A DNA stretch of 64,000 nt, from assembly GCA_019358915.1 (NCBI GenBank), contig JAHHIM010000055.1, forward strand, positions 160,001-224,000. The letters are read 5' to 3'. Below the pieces are notes generated by a model. The model saw only the letters and a list, made by a program, of their open reading frames with translations, did no database searches and had not been told where the DNA came from. The DNA comes from Trichormus sp. ATA11-4-KO1. Its GTDB lineage: Bacteria; Cyanobacteriota; Cyanobacteriia; Cyanobacteriales; Nostocaceae. The position numbers and the translations under genes are program-made. Positions 1 to 8,956 of the stretch are shown here, piece by piece (the stretch's first letter is position 1; each line of letters starts with the position of its first letter).

Positions 1-1
1 A

Positions 2-166
2 AAAACAGCACTGTATTTTCAATTCTGGCTCTCATATCAGCTATTGTATATTGCTTGGGAGCATCCTGGTTGGGCTGATTTTCGCCTGACTGATTATGAA
101 AGTATTGAACGCTGGTGGGAAATCATATTTCGTGCTTCTCCAGTCACTTTTCCCCTTGCTAGTTAA
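2..166 (+). CDS. 3' end of a gene entering from the left edge (hypothetical)
   Basis: Open frame from base 2 (KTALYFQFWLSYQLLYIAWEHPGWADFRLTDYESIERWWEIIFRASPVTFPLAS) to TAA at 164-166. Confidence 0.55.
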   Translation, partial: KTALYFQFWLSYQLLYIAWEHPGWADFRLTDYESIERWWEIIFRASPVTFPLAS

Positions 167-261
167 TATTTTTCTCTCCCTAAAGTAACATAAGAGGGAT
201 TAGCAAATACCCTAACTAAGAATATCTAACAACCATTCTGGTAGGTGCAGTTATTAACTTG

Positions 262-675
262 TTACTCATTACCAGTTTTGCAAGTACCATCAACACAATA
301 TGTTGATTGATAAGTACTCGATCGCTTGCCAAAAATAGTATAACGGTTGTAGCGAATTTGTTCATAAAAGCGATCGCCTGCCCATTTCATCCCAGGTAAC
401 GCCCGATAAGCTTCGACAAAGATATTTCCCAACGGCAATAATCGCCCAATTTCTTCAGCAGCATTACTGCCTTGCCAACGTTTTTGGGGCGCATCACCAT
501 CAATTAAAATCATCCCCTGTTCACAATCTTGGGGGGTAATTCCCCATTGTCCAAGTGTCTGCTCATCTTGCATCGGGGCATAGCGAAATAGTTTTCCTTG
601 GTCTAAGTTTTCCAGTAACTGCACTAGGGTAACGCAGAGATGACAATTCCCATCGTAGATAACGTAGTAATGCAT
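262..675 (-). CDS. DCC1-like thiol-disulfide oxidoreductase (DUF393)
   Basis: N-terminal YDGNCHLC (DxxCxLC) and C-terminal 'Y..I..NRY..FG' typical of the family. Confidence 0.85.
   Translation of the reverse strand: MHYYVIYDGNCHLCVTLVQLLENLDQGKLFRYAPMQDEQTLGQWGITPQDCEQGMILIDGDAPQKRWQGSNAAEEIGRLLPLGNIFVEAYRALPGMKWAGDRFYEQIRYNRYTIFGKRSSTYQSTYCVDGTCKTGNE
370..377. repeat. HIP1 octamer GCGATCGC (first of many copies in the window)
   Basis: Recurs throughout coding and non-coding DNA; not counted exactly. Confidence 0.95.
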
Positions 676-971
676 GAAAATAGTGTTTGTTTGGGGATAA
701 GAGCAAATTTACACTGCTTAAATGAAGTGAGTCAAATTTAACTGGCTTTCACCTATGACTTTTTGCAGAATTACATAATCTGCGATCGCTTTTTTGGGGG
801 AAAATTTAGCACAATAGATCACTATTGTAGTTGAGTGTTCTAATTTAAAATTTTAGCTCACAAAAGATAATAATAATTCATTCAGACATTAATGCCATCT
901 GCCTAGAGGGAGTTTCCCATAATTAACTACTATCTGTAGACTGGTTGTGTCGCTCCAATTGAAGTAGAATC

Positions 972-1544
972 ATGACCGATAGCAACACACTGGCATCACG
1001 CCTTTACCCTACCCGCATTGACATTCTTGCTGAATCGCGAGTGCAAATTGTGGTAATTCTCAATCAAAGCTTGGCAGCTACTATGGATTTGAAAACCCAG
1101 ACCAAGCAAGCTCACTGGAACGTTAAAGGAACTGACTTTTATCAGCTGCATGAATTATTTGATGAAATGGCTGATGAATTGGAAGAGTATGTTGATATGG
1201 TAGCTGAACGTATCACCGCTTTGGGTGGTTATGCTTTAGGAACAGCACGAGCGGCTGCTAGCAATTCCATTTTGCCAGAATATCCCTTTGATATTTTAGA
1301 AGGCAAAGAGCATGTGACAGCTTTAGCAGATCGCTTTGCACTCTATGCCAAACATATCAGAGAAGCGATCGCTAAAACCGATAATTTAGGTGATGCTGAT
1401 ACTGCCGACCTTTACACTGAGATTTCCCGCACCATTGACAAACGACTTTGGTTCCTAGAGGCTCATCTGCAAGTAGCAGAAATCAAGGGTGAGAATGGTA
1501 AATCTGGTACTACTACACCTCAAAAATCAGCTGTTGTCAGATAA
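972..1544 (+). CDS. dps: Dps DNA-protection ferritin-like protein
   Basis: HWNVKG..F..LHELFDE and D.VAERI ferroxidase motifs. Confidence 0.93.
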   Translation: MTDSNTLASRLYPTRIDILAESRVQIVVILNQSLAATMDLKTQTKQAHWNVKGTDFYQLHELFDEMADELEEYVDMVAERITALGGYALGTARAAASNSILPEYPFDILEGKEHVTALADRFALYAKHIREAIAKTDNLGDADTADLYTEISRTIDKRLWFLEAHLQVAEIKGENGKSGTTTPQKSAVVR

Positions 1545-1581
1545 GTACTTTTGTTCTCCAACTGAATAGTATCTTTTTGGT

Positions 1582-1610
1582 AAGTACAGCACTTTTAAGT
1601 GCGTACTTTT
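1582..1610 (+). terminator. Probable intrinsic terminator of dps
   Basis: AAGTAC-a-GCACTT tt AAGTGC-GTACTT hairpin followed by T-run. Confidence 0.55.
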
Positions 1611-1837
1611 CATTTTATATATACATAGTCTACTATTTAGATAGTTCAAATATTACTTTGAATCAAATATGTTCACCAGGATTTATACACTGAGAATATG
1701 CGCTATTAGCATTAATTAATATAATCCCAATTTGGATAAAACAATTACTAATATTTGCTGTTAATTATTAATTTAACAACCATATTCTCTATTTCCAATT
1801 TTAGTCTATAACCCTGAACATTAAACGAGGTAACACC

Positions 1838-2554
1838 ATGTCTCAAAATACAATTAACTACTTAATTCACGATCGCAACGCCCGTGGTCATGCACAGTTT
1901 GGCTGGCTCGATAGTTATCACACCTTTTCCTTTGGTAGTTTTTATGATCCCAATCGCATGGGATTTCGTTCCCTGCGGGTAATCAACGATGATCGCATCG
2001 CCCCTGGTGCTGGATTTCCTACCCACAGTCATCGCGATATGGAAATCCTTACCTATGTGCTGTCAGGTGCTGTAGAGCATAAAGATAGTTTGGGTACAGG
2101 TTCGGTGATTCGTCCTGGTGATGCACAAATCATGAGTGCTGGGACGGGAATCTCTCACAGCGAATTTAATCCTTCACAAACTGAACCACTGCATTTACTG
2201 CAAATCTGGATTATACCGGACAAGCAAGGATTGGCACCCAGGTATGAACAAAAATCATTTCCTCTAGCAGAAAAGCGCGGTAAATTACGCTTAATTGCTG
2301 CGCAAGATGGGCGTGATGGTGCTGTGACAATTCACCAGGATGTTGATTTATATACATCTGTTTTAGAGCCAGGTAATATTGTCAATTATCACGTCAAACC
2401 TCATCGTTATGCTTGGTTACAAATAGCTCAAGGTGTAGCAACTTTGAATGGAGAAGAACTAAGAGCAGGTGATGGGGTGCAAATCAGTGGTGAAGAACAA
2501 CTCCAAATCAGTACCGACATTGGTACGGAAATTTTACTTTTTGATTTGGGTTGA
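1838..2554 (+). CDS. Pirin family protein (YhhW-like)
   Basis: [32 protein letters not shown] metal ligands. Confidence 0.93.
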   Translation: MSQNTINYLIHDRNARGHAQFGWLDSYHTFSFGSFYDPNRMGFRSLRVINDDRIAPGAGFPTHSHRDMEILTYVLSGAVEHKDSLGTGSVIRPGDAQIMSAGTGISHSEFNPSQTEPLHLLQIWIIPDKQGLAPRYEQKSFPLAEKRGKLRLIAAQDGRDGAVTIHQDVDLYTSVLEPGNIVNYHVKPHRYAWLQIAQGVATLNGEELRAGDGVQISGEEQLQISTDIGTEILLFDLG

Positions 2555-2563
2555 TCAAAATTG

Positions 2564-2618
2564 AGTTTGTAGTCAAGGCTTTAGTCTTTTTTGAGGACTA
2601 AAGTCCTCGCTACAAACT
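2564..2618. repeat. REP-like palindrome, likely bidirectional terminator between convergent genes
   Basis: AGTTTGTAG...CTTTAGTC / GACTAAAG...CTACAAACT inverted arms. Confidence 0.6.
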
Positions 2619-2621
2619 TTT

Positions 2622-3281
2622 TTATGCTGTCCTACTAAGAAACAGAGATTGAACGCTCAGATCCTTGAGGGTAATGGTAAAGTTACGCTGTTCTGCTGTC
2701 GCAATGAAGGAAGCGATCGCTTCACACGCTACAGCAACAGTTAATATTACCAAGTTACGTGCCAATGGATAATCGCAGACATCATCATTAACATCAGAAG
2801 GGACGCGATAAACGTCATTCCAAATCACTTCTGCATAATCAGCCGCTAGCCCAGCATGAAGACAAGGAATGTTGAATTTATCAGCATAATCTTTTACAGC
2901 CTGACGTGACACGCTGTTATCAAAGACATCTACAATTAGCTGAGTATCTTTGAGTAGTTGAGTGGTATTTGCTGATGTTAACTCCTTTGTTTTGGCATCA
3001 ACTTTCGTGCCAATTGCTCGGTATAAATTGTTCGCTAAAATTTTAGCCTTGAATGCTCCCACGTCGGAACGGTAGTAAGGCTGAGTGGAAAGATTACGCT
3101 CCTCAATGCGATCGCGATCAATCACTGTCAGTTGATCAAATCCAGACCGCGCCAGGTTTTCAGTAATGTTAGCTCCTAAGGCTCCAGCCCCACAAATTGT
3201 TACCGGATAATCTTTCAGCTTTGCCATTACAGCATTGGTGCGGTAAAGCTGTTCGTGAAAAAATATGCTCATTGTCCTCAC
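2622..3281 (-). CDS. ThiF/E1-like adenylyltransferase, zinc-less variant
   Basis: GAGALG loop, DRDRIEERNLSTQ, K and DVFDN motifs; no CxxC pairs. Confidence 0.85.
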   Translation of the reverse strand: MRTMSIFFHEQLYRTNAVMAKLKDYPVTICGAGALGANITENLARSGFDQLTVIDRDRIEERNLSTQPYYRSDVGAFKAKILANNLYRAIGTKVDAKTKELTSANTTQLLKDTQLIVDVFDNSVSRQAVKDYADKFNIPCLHAGLAADYAEVIWNDVYRVPSDVNDDVCDYPLARNLVILTVAVACEAIASFIATAEQRNFTITLKDLSVQSLFLSRTA

Positions 3282-3286
3282 TACTC

Positions 3287-4108
3287 TTATGTTTCCATTA
3301 CACCTACTAACGATTGCAAATCAAAGTCGCGATCGCGTCCACTCAGACAAATACCAGAACTAATGACAGTCAAATCAGTTTTCGCGATGGCGCTACTGTG
3401 ACGCACACCATCGGTTGTTGTCCAATCAACTGTCCAATAATCACCGCGATCGTGAAATTGCTGTAATTCACCACCACCCATCTGCAATGCTTTTTGCAGT
3501 CGTCTTTCATCCCGTTGTTGACCAAAACCCTCAAGGCGTTTAGTTGCTAATTCATACACTATGCGGATTTCTGGAGTCATACCTTTAAACTGCAATTCAA
3601 GAGCCGGAATGAGTTGTTTAATGGCAGATTGCAGCGTTTCCACAATCACCGGATCAGTACGGCGATCAACTTCCTCAAACCAGCAGGATTGACCATGCCA
3701 ACGAGCTATGATTTGCTCAAAAACAATACCTTCGGTGACTAGATGCACTGCGACAGGCTTGACAACCTGGAATCTTTGACGCATATCTGCTTCATTCACG
3801 GGGTATGCTAACCAAGTTTGTCCTTGCAATTGCTGTGCTAACCGTAGCCGGATTTGAGGAAAGTTCTGCAAGTATTCTGCAATCTGGGGTAAGTCTGCTT
3901 CCTCCACAACCTTTGCTGTCTTCTCATCCACAGGCTGAAAGATACCCCAACCAGCAAATTTACTAGGCTTTGGGTTAAAGGTGTAGGTCATCCCGGCTAC
4001 CCGTGTGCGGACTCGTCCACCTTTGACGCAGGGTGCAAGAAATTGGGTAGTGTACAATTTAGCTTCTGCATCAGCAATTTGGTTAATTAGTTTATGGATG
4101 TTAGTCAT
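3287..4108 (-). CDS. Hypothetical protein, operonic with the ThiF-like gene
   Basis: 273-aa ORF; stop lies 5 nt before the ThiF ORF; no motif recognised. Confidence 0.8.
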   Translation of the reverse strand: MTNIHKLINQIADAEAKLYTTQFLAPCVKGGRVRTRVAGMTYTFNPKPSKFAGWGIFQPVDEKTAKVVEEADLPQIAEYLQNFPQIRLRLAQQLQGQTWLAYPVNEADMRQRFQVVKPVAVHLVTEGIVFEQIIARWHGQSCWFEEVDRRTDPVIVETLQSAIKQLIPALELQFKGMTPEIRIVYELATKRLEGFGQQRDERRLQKALQMGGGELQQFHDRGDYWTVDWTTTDGVRHSSAIAKTDLTVISSGICLSGRDRDFDLQSLVGVMET

Positions 4109-4205
4109 ATAGCAGTGGAGAAAAGATTATGGAATGCTCACACAAAGGCGCAAAGGCGCAAAGTTAGGAAGAAGAGTTTTAAAGAGATTTTGTCAAAGCT
4201 ACAGG

Positions 4206-4315
4206 TAAGTAGGTGGGTGGGAAAATTTATCGCTAGGATAAGGCAGAAGGGAAGAGGGTTTTAAGCTGATTCATTTTTCTTTACATAGTTGATTTTATTT
4301 GTGCCTACCTACTTA
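4206..4315. mobile_element. MITE-like element, family A copy 1
   Basis: Terminal inverted repeats TAAGTAGGT...ACCTACTTA; shares its 3' end (ACATAGTT..TTTATT.GTGCC.ACCTACTTA) with 31495-31618. Confidence 0.6.
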
Positions 4316-4338
4316 GTCATTCTTTGATGACTTGCAGG

Positions 4339-5790
4339 TTATAATTCACAAGACTGGGAAGCATTCTCTAAATCAAATTGTGCAAAACTGATCAGAGCTA
4401 AATGAGCAGAATTTCTCATCAATTCTTTTGCTAATAAGAAACCAGTAATTGTCCAGGTTTGATATCTTCTGGCTTCTTTACCAATTAATAGCCCCCGCGT
4501 ACCATCGTAATATTCTGGCCAATGATCTTCACTAATGCGTGTTTGAGCAATTTCAATGGCGCGTTTCCCAATACAAGTTCTACCTGTTTTTTTAGCAGCC
4601 GCAATCAACGACCACAGTAATACTGGCCAACTACCACCATTATGATACGACCAAGGGATATTTCTGGGGTCACAGCCTGTAAAAATTCTGTACTCCTCCT
4701 TTTCTACTGCTGGGAAACAGATTTTCATCGGCATTTCTCCCACTAAATCATCCCACTGTTCCTCGATGAGATTCATAATCGCTTGGGACTGCTGTTCACT
4801 CACTAGCGAAGAAATAATGGCCATCATATTTCCCAGCGCAAAGAAACGAGTATCTAATTGTGACGGGCCAACATTACCTGCGAGATAACCGCCGTTTTTT
4901 GGCAACCAAATTGCTAAATTAGCATAGGGAATTGAGTCAGGATAAATATTAAATTGATTGACTGCTGACTGTCCATATTCTTCACCCTTAAAGCGATAAA
5001 TTTCATTCAATCGCTTCATATCAATCCAGTAATGATGGCGAATATGATCTCTCAATAAAGGTAGGCGGTTATCAATCCCAATCACAATTTCTGCATCACC
5101 TGCACAAATTAGTAACTTGCGCGCCGCCCGCAAAGCTGCATAAAATAGAGCTTGAATTTCTAACGGATAACCATAAATACCCATCCGCCGATAAATCATA
5201 CAAGCGCCATCTGGAACTAACAGCGTTGGGTACATATCAAATCGCGTCGCCAAGCAAAGTTCCATAATTAACATGATTCCTTGCTGAAATTCAGGCTGCA
5301 ACGCGAAACTGAGGTCTTTTGTAGCTTTGACATAAGCATATAGTATAATAACCCACCACAGACAAGAATCAACAGGTGTGACTCGCGCGATCGCGTGTTC
5401 ACCAAAGTCTGCTTCTAAATATTCTTGCCCATTATCTGAGACAACTTTGAAGCTGGCTGGTATCAAACCTTGACCAGGTGTATAAGCATCTAATTGGCTT
5501 TTTTTAGGCTGTAACTTTAAAGTTTCTTCTAGAAAATTACGAACAATATCATATTTACCTTTAATTAAAAAAAGTAAGGCTGAAGATACAAAATCTCTGA
5601 TAAAACAATGGTCATGATGCAAATTCCCTTGCGAATCATCACAGGTAGATACCGTACCTACAGGACGACCTTGATAATAAATAATCGACTTTTCTAAAAT
5701 TTCCCATGCCTGTTTCTCTAGATCATCAACTATTACTAATTTCTCTCTTTCCATTGCGAGAAACACTCCATTTTGATGGGATTTTGGCAA
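4339..5790 (-). CDS. GH100 alkaline/neutral invertase paralog with altered active site (probable start 5754)
   Basis: Colinear with the neighbouring invertase; [34 protein letters not shown] present; MIYRR replaces MIDRR. Confidence 0.9.
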   Translation of the reverse strand: MPKSHQNGVFLAMEREKLVIVDDLEKQAWEILEKSIIYYQGRPVGTVSTCDDSQGNLHHDHCFIRDFVSSALLFLIKGKYDIVRNFLEETLKLQPKKSQLDAYTPGQGLIPASFKVVSDNGQEYLEADFGEHAIARVTPVDSCLWWVIILYAYVKATKDLSFALQPEFQQGIMLIMELCLATRFDMYPTLLVPDGACMIYRRMGIYGYPLEIQALFYAALRAARKLLICAGDAEIVIGIDNRLPLLRDHIRHHYWIDMKRLNEIYRFKGEEYGQSAVNQFNIYPDSIPYANLAIWLPKNGGYLAGNVGPSQLDTRFFALGNMMAIISSLVSEQQSQAIMNLIEEQWDDLVGEMPMKICFPAVEKEEYRIFTGCDPRNIPWSYHNGGSWPVLLWSLIAAAKKTGRTCIGKRAIEIAQTRISEDHWPEYYDGTRGLLIGKEARRYQTWTITGFLLAKELMRNSAHLALISFAQFDLENASQSCEL

Positions 5791-6104
5791 GAATTACACT
5801 CTGCTGCTTCAATGCTTTTTCGGAGATGGATATATACCCATTTTACTTTTTGCCACGTTCGATTTGGGGCGATATTCCACCGTCCATATTCTCAGGATAA
5901 CCCAAGTTTTTCATTTACCTCATTGTCCCATATGCTCTATTTAGAAAGTGATCACAAAGAGCAATTTAGAAAATCAAAAAAGCCCCTAATAACTACAAAG
6001 GGACTGTGAATTTAATGTTTGTTTTGGACAATTTACACATTACAACTCAAGGAGTTTTAGATTAATTGCTGCAATAATGGTGATTATGAATACAGCCATC
6101 TCCG

Positions 6105-7604
6105 CTAAAGAGACATATACGGATCTACGCTCCCAATTTCAAACTCACACGCTCTAGAAACAACTTCTGGAGGTAATTCATCAAAACTAACTAATGGTAA
6201 ATAATTGGGATTATCCATTAGTTCTTTAGCTAACAAGAAACCAGCAATTGTCCAGGTTTGATATTTCCTAGCTTGTTTACCAATTAAACGCCCTTTTTTG
6301 CCATCATAATACTCTGGCCATTCATCTTCACACAGGCGTGCTTGAGCAATTTCAATAGCCTTTCTGGCCAAGGCTGTTTTGTTAGTTTTTACAGATGCTG
6401 CTGCAAACATCCACATTAAAACAGGCCAACTGCCAGCATTATGATATGACCAAGGGATATTTTTCGGGTCACATCCTGTAACAATTCTGTAATCCTCATT
6501 TTCTAAGGCTGGGAAACAGATTTTCATCGGCATATCTCCCACCAAATCGTCCCATCGTTCCTCAATCAGAGTCATAATTGCTTGTGACTGTTCTTCGGTG
6601 GCTAAATCGGAAATGATTGCCATCAAGTTACCCAATGCAAAGAAACGTGTATCTAACTGCGATGGCCCGACATTTCCAGCTAAATAACCGCCTTTTCTCG
6701 GTAGCCATTTATCTAATTCATAGTAGGGAAGAGAATCTACATAGATATTAAATAAATTGACTGCGGCTTTGCCATACTCTTCACTTTTGAAGCGATAAAT
6801 TGCATTTAGACGATTAATATCTATCCAATAATGCTGGCGAATATGAGCGCACAATAATGGTAAGCGGTTATCAATTGCTGCTACGATATCTTGATTACCC
6901 TGGCAAATCAGCATCTCCCGCGCCGCCCGCAAAGCCGCATAAAATAACACTTGCAGTTCTAGAGGATGCCCATAAATACCCATCCGACGGTCAATCATAC
7001 AAGCACCATCTGGAACCAACAATGTGGGATACATATCAAAGCGATTCGCCAAGCAGATTTCCATAATGAGCCTGATACCATTTTGGAAATCAGGTTGATA
7101 GGCTATAGAATAATCTTTGGTAGCGACTATATATGCACGCAATAAAATAATCCACCATAGACAAGAATCCACTGGTGTTACTCTAGCGATGGCGTGTTCT
7201 CCAAAATCCGCTTCTAAATATTCTTGCCCATTTTCTAATACAACTTTAAAGCTAGCTGGAATTAACCCTCGACCAGGCTTATAAGCATCTAATTCCCTTT
7301 CTTTAGGCTGCAACTTTAATGTTTCTTCTAGGAAATTACGAACAATATCTGTTCTACCTTTAATCAGAAAAATTAATGCTGAAGAAACAAAATCTCGGAT
7401 AAAACACTGATCGTAGTTGAGTGCTTCTACAGATGCATCATAGGCGGCTACAGTCCCAATGGGGCGACCTTGATAGTAGAGAATTGACTTCTCTAGCGCT
7501 CGCCATGCTTGTTCTTCTATATTCTCATCTGTTACTAATTCATTTGTTGGCATCGCCAGAGTAGCTCCATTGAGGGGGTGAATTTGTAGTGGATGCGCCT
7601 TCAT
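6105..7604 (-). CDS. invB: GH100 alkaline/neutral invertase, InvB-like (probable start 7553)
   Basis: [34 protein letters not shown] all intact; A/B subtype is my judgement. Confidence 0.85.
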   Translation of the reverse strand: MKAHPLQIHPLNGATLAMPTNELVTDENIEEQAWRALEKSILYYQGRPIGTVAAYDASVEALNYDQCFIRDFVSSALIFLIKGRTDIVRNFLEETLKLQPKERELDAYKPGRGLIPASFKVVLENGQEYLEADFGEHAIARVTPVDSCLWWIILLRAYIVATKDYSIAYQPDFQNGIRLIMEICLANRFDMYPTLLVPDGACMIDRRMGIYGHPLELQVLFYAALRAAREMLICQGNQDIVAAIDNRLPLLCAHIRQHYWIDINRLNAIYRFKSEEYGKAAVNLFNIYVDSLPYYELDKWLPRKGGYLAGNVGPSQLDTRFFALGNLMAIISDLATEEQSQAIMTLIEERWDDLVGDMPMKICFPALENEDYRIVTGCDPKNIPWSYHNAGSWPVLMWMFAAASVKTNKTALARKAIEIAQARLCEDEWPEYYDGKKGRLIGKQARKYQTWTIAGFLLAKELMDNPNYLPLVSFDELPPEVVSRACEFEIGSVDPYMSL

Positions 7605-7688
7605 TGATTATTACTGCTATTTTTAGCATAACAAAAGCTATGTTTTGAATAGCAGATTTATTTTAAAAAATAATCTATAAACAATCGT

Positions 7689-7827
7689 AGGACTTACGCA
7701 CACTTAACGAATTCTTCTCTTCGAGACGCTTCGCGAAGGCGTTCTACAGCCCTTACGGGCATCGCTGCGCGCGGGCGCCTTGGCGGTGCGTTAAATTAAA
7801 CTTTTTGGCAATTTTTGCGTAAGTCCT
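7689..7827. mobile_element. 139-bp MITE-like element with nested GC-rich mini-repeats
   Basis: Perfect 12-bp TIR AGGACTTACGCA (7689-7700) / TGCGTAAGTCCT (7816-7827); GC-rich core in AT-rich DNA. Confidence 0.75.
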
Positions 7828-8489
7828 GAATTGATTAAGTCGATAATTTCTCTGCAAATTTATTTGCTTTCAATTATTATCATTTGGGTGAATTACAGTT
7901 AACTGCTTTTTCACCTCAAGCCACTTCGTGATTTCTCAGAACAATTACACAAGATATATTTCTAGATTATTCGTCCCTGAGTCTGTACATCAAAAACTTT
8001 ACCTACCCAAACAGGAATATATCTCTAGTATTATTCAAAGTTTGGTGTTGAAAATATTTAAATATTTCCAGTATATCTACTTAAGCTGAGGTTAGCCCGA
8101 TAGATTGCAAGTTAAATTATTCCCCTATAAGTTAATAATTTATAATGTTTTTTCAGAATATGCAATACAAACGCTGAAAAATTTTAGATGTCAATAAGCC
8201 TAGGGTGGTAAATATATTACCCCACTTTCCAATTAAATGTAAAATTTAAGGAATAAGTCCGGAAAATACATATTACACATAACCTAAGATAGATGCCGAT
8301 TTTCCAGCTGACTTGAGCAGTTCACAAGCAGTTATCAATAGAAACATAAAGTAATTATTGCAACAATCATCAAGCTTTAATCATGAGAGTTGAGTAATCA
8401 TGACTATATGCAAGTAATATTGAGTAATTTTGCTCAAATTAAAAACTAATTGCTCATAACAGCTATTAAGCTAGATATTTAGCAAATTG

Positions 8490-8738
8490 TCATTTTTTAG
8501 ACTGAAATTCTTGATAAGCGTGATTAATTGCTTGCATTGCAGCTTTGTCACTGGCAGAACCGTTAACATCGGGATGATAAAATCTTGCTAATTTGCACCA
8601 ACTATAAGGAGTCGCGCCAATTCCCATACCACCAAAACTGCCGACAATTTCTATGCCGCCAACTGTTGAGGAGATACCTACACCTGCTATACTTCCTCCA
8701 GCAAGAAATGCTGCACCTGTTTGGGAGGTTGATTTCAT
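8490..8738 (-). CDS. Small glycine-zipper plus partial J-domain protein (may be an internally deleted remnant)
   Basis: N-half resembles the Gly repeat of 8957-9757; C-half KLARFYHPDVN..AMQAINHAYQ matches J-domain helix II-HPD-helix III. Confidence 0.6.
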   Translation of the reverse strand: MKSTSQTGAAFLAGGSIAGVGISSTVGGIEIVGSFGGMGIGATPYSWCKLARFYHPDVNGSASDKAAMQAINHAYQEFQSKK

Positions 8739-8744
8739 TTTGAT

Positions 8745-8885
8745 TTAAGGAGTTGTTGAACTAGAAGTAATTTGAGTAACCTGGTTTTGAGAATTTAATA
8801 TTGGTGGTGATTCGGTTTGTGCGTTTTGGTCACAGGCAGTCAAAATTGAGGCGAAAGCAATGATAATAATTCCTAGTTTTTTCAT
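8745..8885 (-). CDS. 46-aa putative lipoprotein, absent from the ORF track
   Basis: MKKLGIIIIAFASILTAC-DQNAQTESPPILNSQNQVTQITSSSTTP*: basic N-terminus, hydrophobic core, LTAC lipobox. Confidence 0.6.
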   Translation of the reverse strand: MKKLGIIIIAFASILTACDQNAQTESPPILNSQNQVTQITSSSTTP

Positions 8886-8956
8886 GATGTAAAAGAATTT
8901 GATTAACTAAACACAGAGGCGCAGAGAACGCCGAGAAAGAGGTAAAGTATGGTTTT

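Noticed and set aside
866..884. Fur-box-like sequence upstream of dps
   Set aside because: About 12/19 match in AT-rich DNA; too weak
4141..4165. (CGCAAAGG)n octamer runs, also near 11124 and 15951
   Set aside because: Common short intergenic repeats; no further structure seen
8258..8263. TCCGGA (DIF1-like heterocyst promoter motif) upstream of the invertases
   Set aside because: A single 6-mer about 650 bp away; cannot be separated from chance without TSS data
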